This document shows positions 60,618 through 64,000 of a DNA stretch of 64,000 bases, piece after piece. The stretch comes from Lingula anatina. Taxonomy: Eukaryota; Animalia; Brachiopoda. Each line of letters opens with the position of its first letter. Positions within the stretch are counted from its first letter, which is position 1. Below the pieces are notes generated by a model. That model was not told the origin of the DNA and ran no database searches. It saw only the letters and a list, made by a program, of their open reading frames with translations. The position numbers were made by a program, and so were the translations under genes. The stretch is from positions 8,742,001 through 8,806,000 of the forward strand of contig CM120642.1 of the NCBI GenBank assembly GCA_051362555.1, in the 5' to 3' direction.

Positions 60618-62362
60618 CGTGTTTGTGTGCGTGGCGGGGGATGAGGGGAGGGGTTACCTAAGAATCAAAGTGAGGAACACGTGTCCACTGTGCCCCCTGG
60701 ATCCGCCTTTGGGACATTTCCAGACTGGACAAGGTCCATATGCATGGAATGCAAAGGGGGCAAATAAACAATTGAAAATCAAACATTAAGCTAAAGGGGT
60801 TTAATATCGTAACAATTAACATCGACAATATTTTAGAGTGTTATATGCAGATCATTTTTATGTACAGACATAGACGTGTCTGTACATGTAGCCGTCACCT
60901 GCGTCTGTCGTTGCCGTTCACTTTCAGTGATAACACGATTAGTGGAAAGCCGTTTTACTTTTTGTCTTCAACTAACGGAACTGATAAATATTCAGAAAAT
61001 ACAGGTCGAGTCCGAAAATCAGCATGATCGGGCAATAATTTTTAAAAATTATGCTGTTTTTTCGCTTTTTTTCAGCATATATGCAACATTGATAACACAT
61101 TTCAAGGAAAACCGATTGGGCTTATGTCTTGGAACTCACAGAAGGGATCAATTTTTCGTAAAGTTCGAAAATCAGCTTGATCGGACTTTTTCAGCTTTTT
61201 TTTCGGCATATTTTATCCACCATTATACAGATAACATGAAAACCGTGTCATGTTTTGCTTTAAAACTTGTAGGACTGACTCATTAGGTGTGATACACAGA
61301 TCAAGTTCGAAAATAAGCTTGATCGGTGCAGTTTTGAAGTTATGACTCTTTGTATGCAAGTGGTTTTTCCTCAGATTCAATTCTTAGGCATGTTAACAGT
61401 CTCATTATTGAACTAATTAGATATGTGAAAGTGTTCTTTTAACATTTTCTGCATCTTAACATTATTGTTAGTTGAATATATAAAAACGATGGTTTTATTG
61501 TATTCAATATAGCTCATTTGAGTCCTGTATTGGTCATCTATCACATAACATGTTTTTATATGCTATGTGCTTTACAAGCAAACCAGTCTCTGTCCACACC
61601 TGCTGCCACAAGTACAAGTTGACGGGAAGATCTCTCCTATCCATATTTCTAACTGGACCGATTCTGCATAATACTATATCAAAGTAGCAATGATGTGGAA
61701 TAAGGATCGTTGTTCAGATCCTTTGAAATATTCTGATATTTTTATAATAAAATATAATAAATTAAAATTTTTAATTGATTTTGAAACTGGAGATGATAAA
61801 ATATTTCTGAGCTTTGCCGTCTGGTGACATAACATCATGTAAATAATTGTGACTGAATGTCAAAGCGTTCGATGTGATACTGTGATGAAATATTGAATTT
61901 ATCCACTTTATGACATGAATGGAAATTTTCGTGTATTTTAAGAACTTATTCGTCATACAAAACTTTTTCTGTCAAGCAAAAAACAACACAATATATTCGT
62001 AAGCAACAAGAATGACTAGTCTGGTTCTTTATGCACTCTCTTTTGTTATTGCAGAAAAAGGGAGATGATGCAGAAGAACCCATGATATTGGAAAATTATT
62101 GATAGCAATATCTCCCCCTGCAGTTTCATAACAACAACAAAAAAAAAAGGTAGTTTTTTCTCCTTTTACTCAGGCAGTCGTGAGAGGTATTTGAAACGCA
62201 GTTTTGAAGTTATGACGTTTTGTATGCAAGTGGTTTTTCTCAGATTCAATTCTTAGGCATGTTAACAGTCTCATTATTGAACTGATTAGATACGTAAAAG
62301 TGTTCTTTTAACATTTTCTGCATCTTAACATTATTGTTAGTTGCATATATAAAAATAATGGT
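59401..62362. repeat. Local tandem segmental duplication (A-spacer-B-A'-B')
   Basis: Block A 59401-60000 recurs at 61503-62192 (with a ~90-bp extra segment at 61546-61635); block B 61328-61492 recurs at 62198-62362; high but imperfect identity by eye. Confidence 0.85.
60546..61356. mobile_element. HINE-like element with ~150-bp internal tandem units
   Basis: Starts TTTATGCTCCCC, followed by (CT)n/(GT)n, then three spaced copies of a GT(T/C)CGAAAAT(C/A)AGC(A/T)TGATCGG motif at ~61010, ~61163 and ~61305. Confidence 0.45.
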
Positions 62363-64000
62363 AAACATGTTATCGTGTATTGTGTAATAAAGTGTCAAAA
62401 ACGGAAATAAACTCATATCATTGCAGTTTGTCAGAATCAATCATTCACTATGTTCAGAATGTCAGAATAGAGCAAATTGGACATTTAAAATTGTTCTATT
62501 GATATTTTCCCCTTCTCAACAATTTTCTTAGTTGATCATATAAAAGTGACGGTAAATTAATTATTTTGTTTTATGTAAATAAAGTGTTGAAAATGAAAAT
62601 AAACTCACTTCAGTACAGTTATCTCTAGGTTACATTTTGGCATTTTCAAGGTGTGACTTTGAACCTCCATGGGTTTGAAGACCTTTGCTAGTCACATTTT
62701 ATGAATATCCATGATACTTATATTCTTTTGTTAAAAATTGATGGTCATTATGCTGTTTAACATTACCAGTATATTATGATACCTTTATGGCATCAAAATT
62801 GAAGAGAACCCTATTTTGGAAACTGCCGTCATGATGACCATTAAGGGAAAATCTTGTTACTTATGATTCTCAAACTTACAAAAAAAGTAACATAGGATTA
62901 AAATGCAGACTGATTTGGAAAAGCAATCTTTTTCTGGAATCAAACATTTTTGTGAAATTTTTATTTTTCACATATTGGTATTTTCAATATGACACTTAGA
63001 ACTCCCACGAAGCCGAATGGTAATCAAATTGTCTAAATGTCATTTTATTTATAATAATAAAAATAATTAAAAGATGGAGGTAATTATGCCGTTAATCATT
63101 GTGTAATATCCCATCAAAACTGACAAAAAAAAAAAAAAAAAAAAAAAAAACCTACTGTGTGCACCGCCACCACAAACTTTATAAAAAGGAAAGCTGTGTT
63201 ACTTATTATTTTATCAACTTACAAGAATGTTTTAAGGATTGACATACAGCTCAAATTAGAAAACCACCTCTGTTGCATTTATGCATTTTTTTGTGAAATT
63301 TTCTCATTCTGGCATTTTCAAAGTGTGAACTTGAATTCTCATGGGCCTGAAGCCTTATGCTTGTTACACATTTTACTTACATCGCTAAATTACCAGATGT
63401 GCTTAATTAAAATTTGATGTTGACTTTGCAGTTAAGCATAATGTATATTTGCTGCAGAATTGACAGTAGCTTATTTTGTGCATTATTATTTTTCTTTTTT
63501 TTTTGCTTTTTGTCTGTACATTTGACAGCTTTGTTCTAATTGTTGTGCTCGAGAAAGAAAACCATTGCCAAACCTGCAGTTACCTCTGATTTTTAAAGCT
63601 AGGACTCAATATCCATATTGAGTCTAGTTTTAAGTAATGTTGTAATTCGTATTGCAGAAGAGCGTGCTAAACACCAGTGATATATTTTACCCTAAAGTGA
63701 TCAAAATGCGCAGAAAAATTACTGCAAATGCCTGGAAAATGCCTTTTAAGTCATTTTAAACCCCAGAAAGAGACGTTCTATAATTTTGATGGCAAAGTCT
63801 GACCCTTCTCCTTGCAGTGTGCTATGCATTAAACCAGTTTCTGAAATCACCCCACCACAGTGTAGCGCTTGACAGGTCGATTAAAAATATTATGCACATT
63901 TTCCATAGACCGATTTCTTCATAGAAACGAACATCTAAAAACGATTTAAATTTGGAAGAAGGAACTTTGTTCAGTTCAGATTCTGGCATTTTAATGCATA

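Noticed and set aside
60990-61345. Three spaced ~30-bp repeats resembling a CRISPR array
   Set aside because: Eukaryotic context, ~150-bp period, degenerate repeats and no cas genes; better explained as internal units of a HINE-like element.

Overview
AT-rich, intron-containing animal DNA, probably a marine invertebrate (a lophotrochozoan is my inference; the species cannot be determined). Left to right: (1) three tandem J-domain (DnaJ) genes on the minus strand, each with a single-exon CDS, a mitochondrial-type presequence and a C-terminal TM helix; (2) an apparently intact 10.1-kb Academ (AcademX-type) DNA transposon at 7646-17746 with perfect 16-bp TIRs, a TAT target-site duplication and a 1924-aa ORF (DDE transposase + XPG/FEN1-like nuclease + Cys8 finger) that also carries an internal ubiquitin-like domain ending in LLGG; (3) a 14-exon secreted protein with six FAS1 domains, built by triplication of an exon module; (4) two convergent spliced paralogues, fragmented in the ORF track, that look like Unpaired/IL-6-type four-helix cytokines, with NF-kB/STAT-like sites upstream; (5) a single-exon-CDS class A orphan GPCR lacking the DRY arginine; (6) LINE remnants; (7) a 4-exon nucleoside diphosphate kinase; (8) a local tandem duplication, HINE/MITE-like repeats and microsatellites. 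Exon models were read by eye from GT/AG signals and frame continuity; family assignments rest on motif recognition, not database searches.
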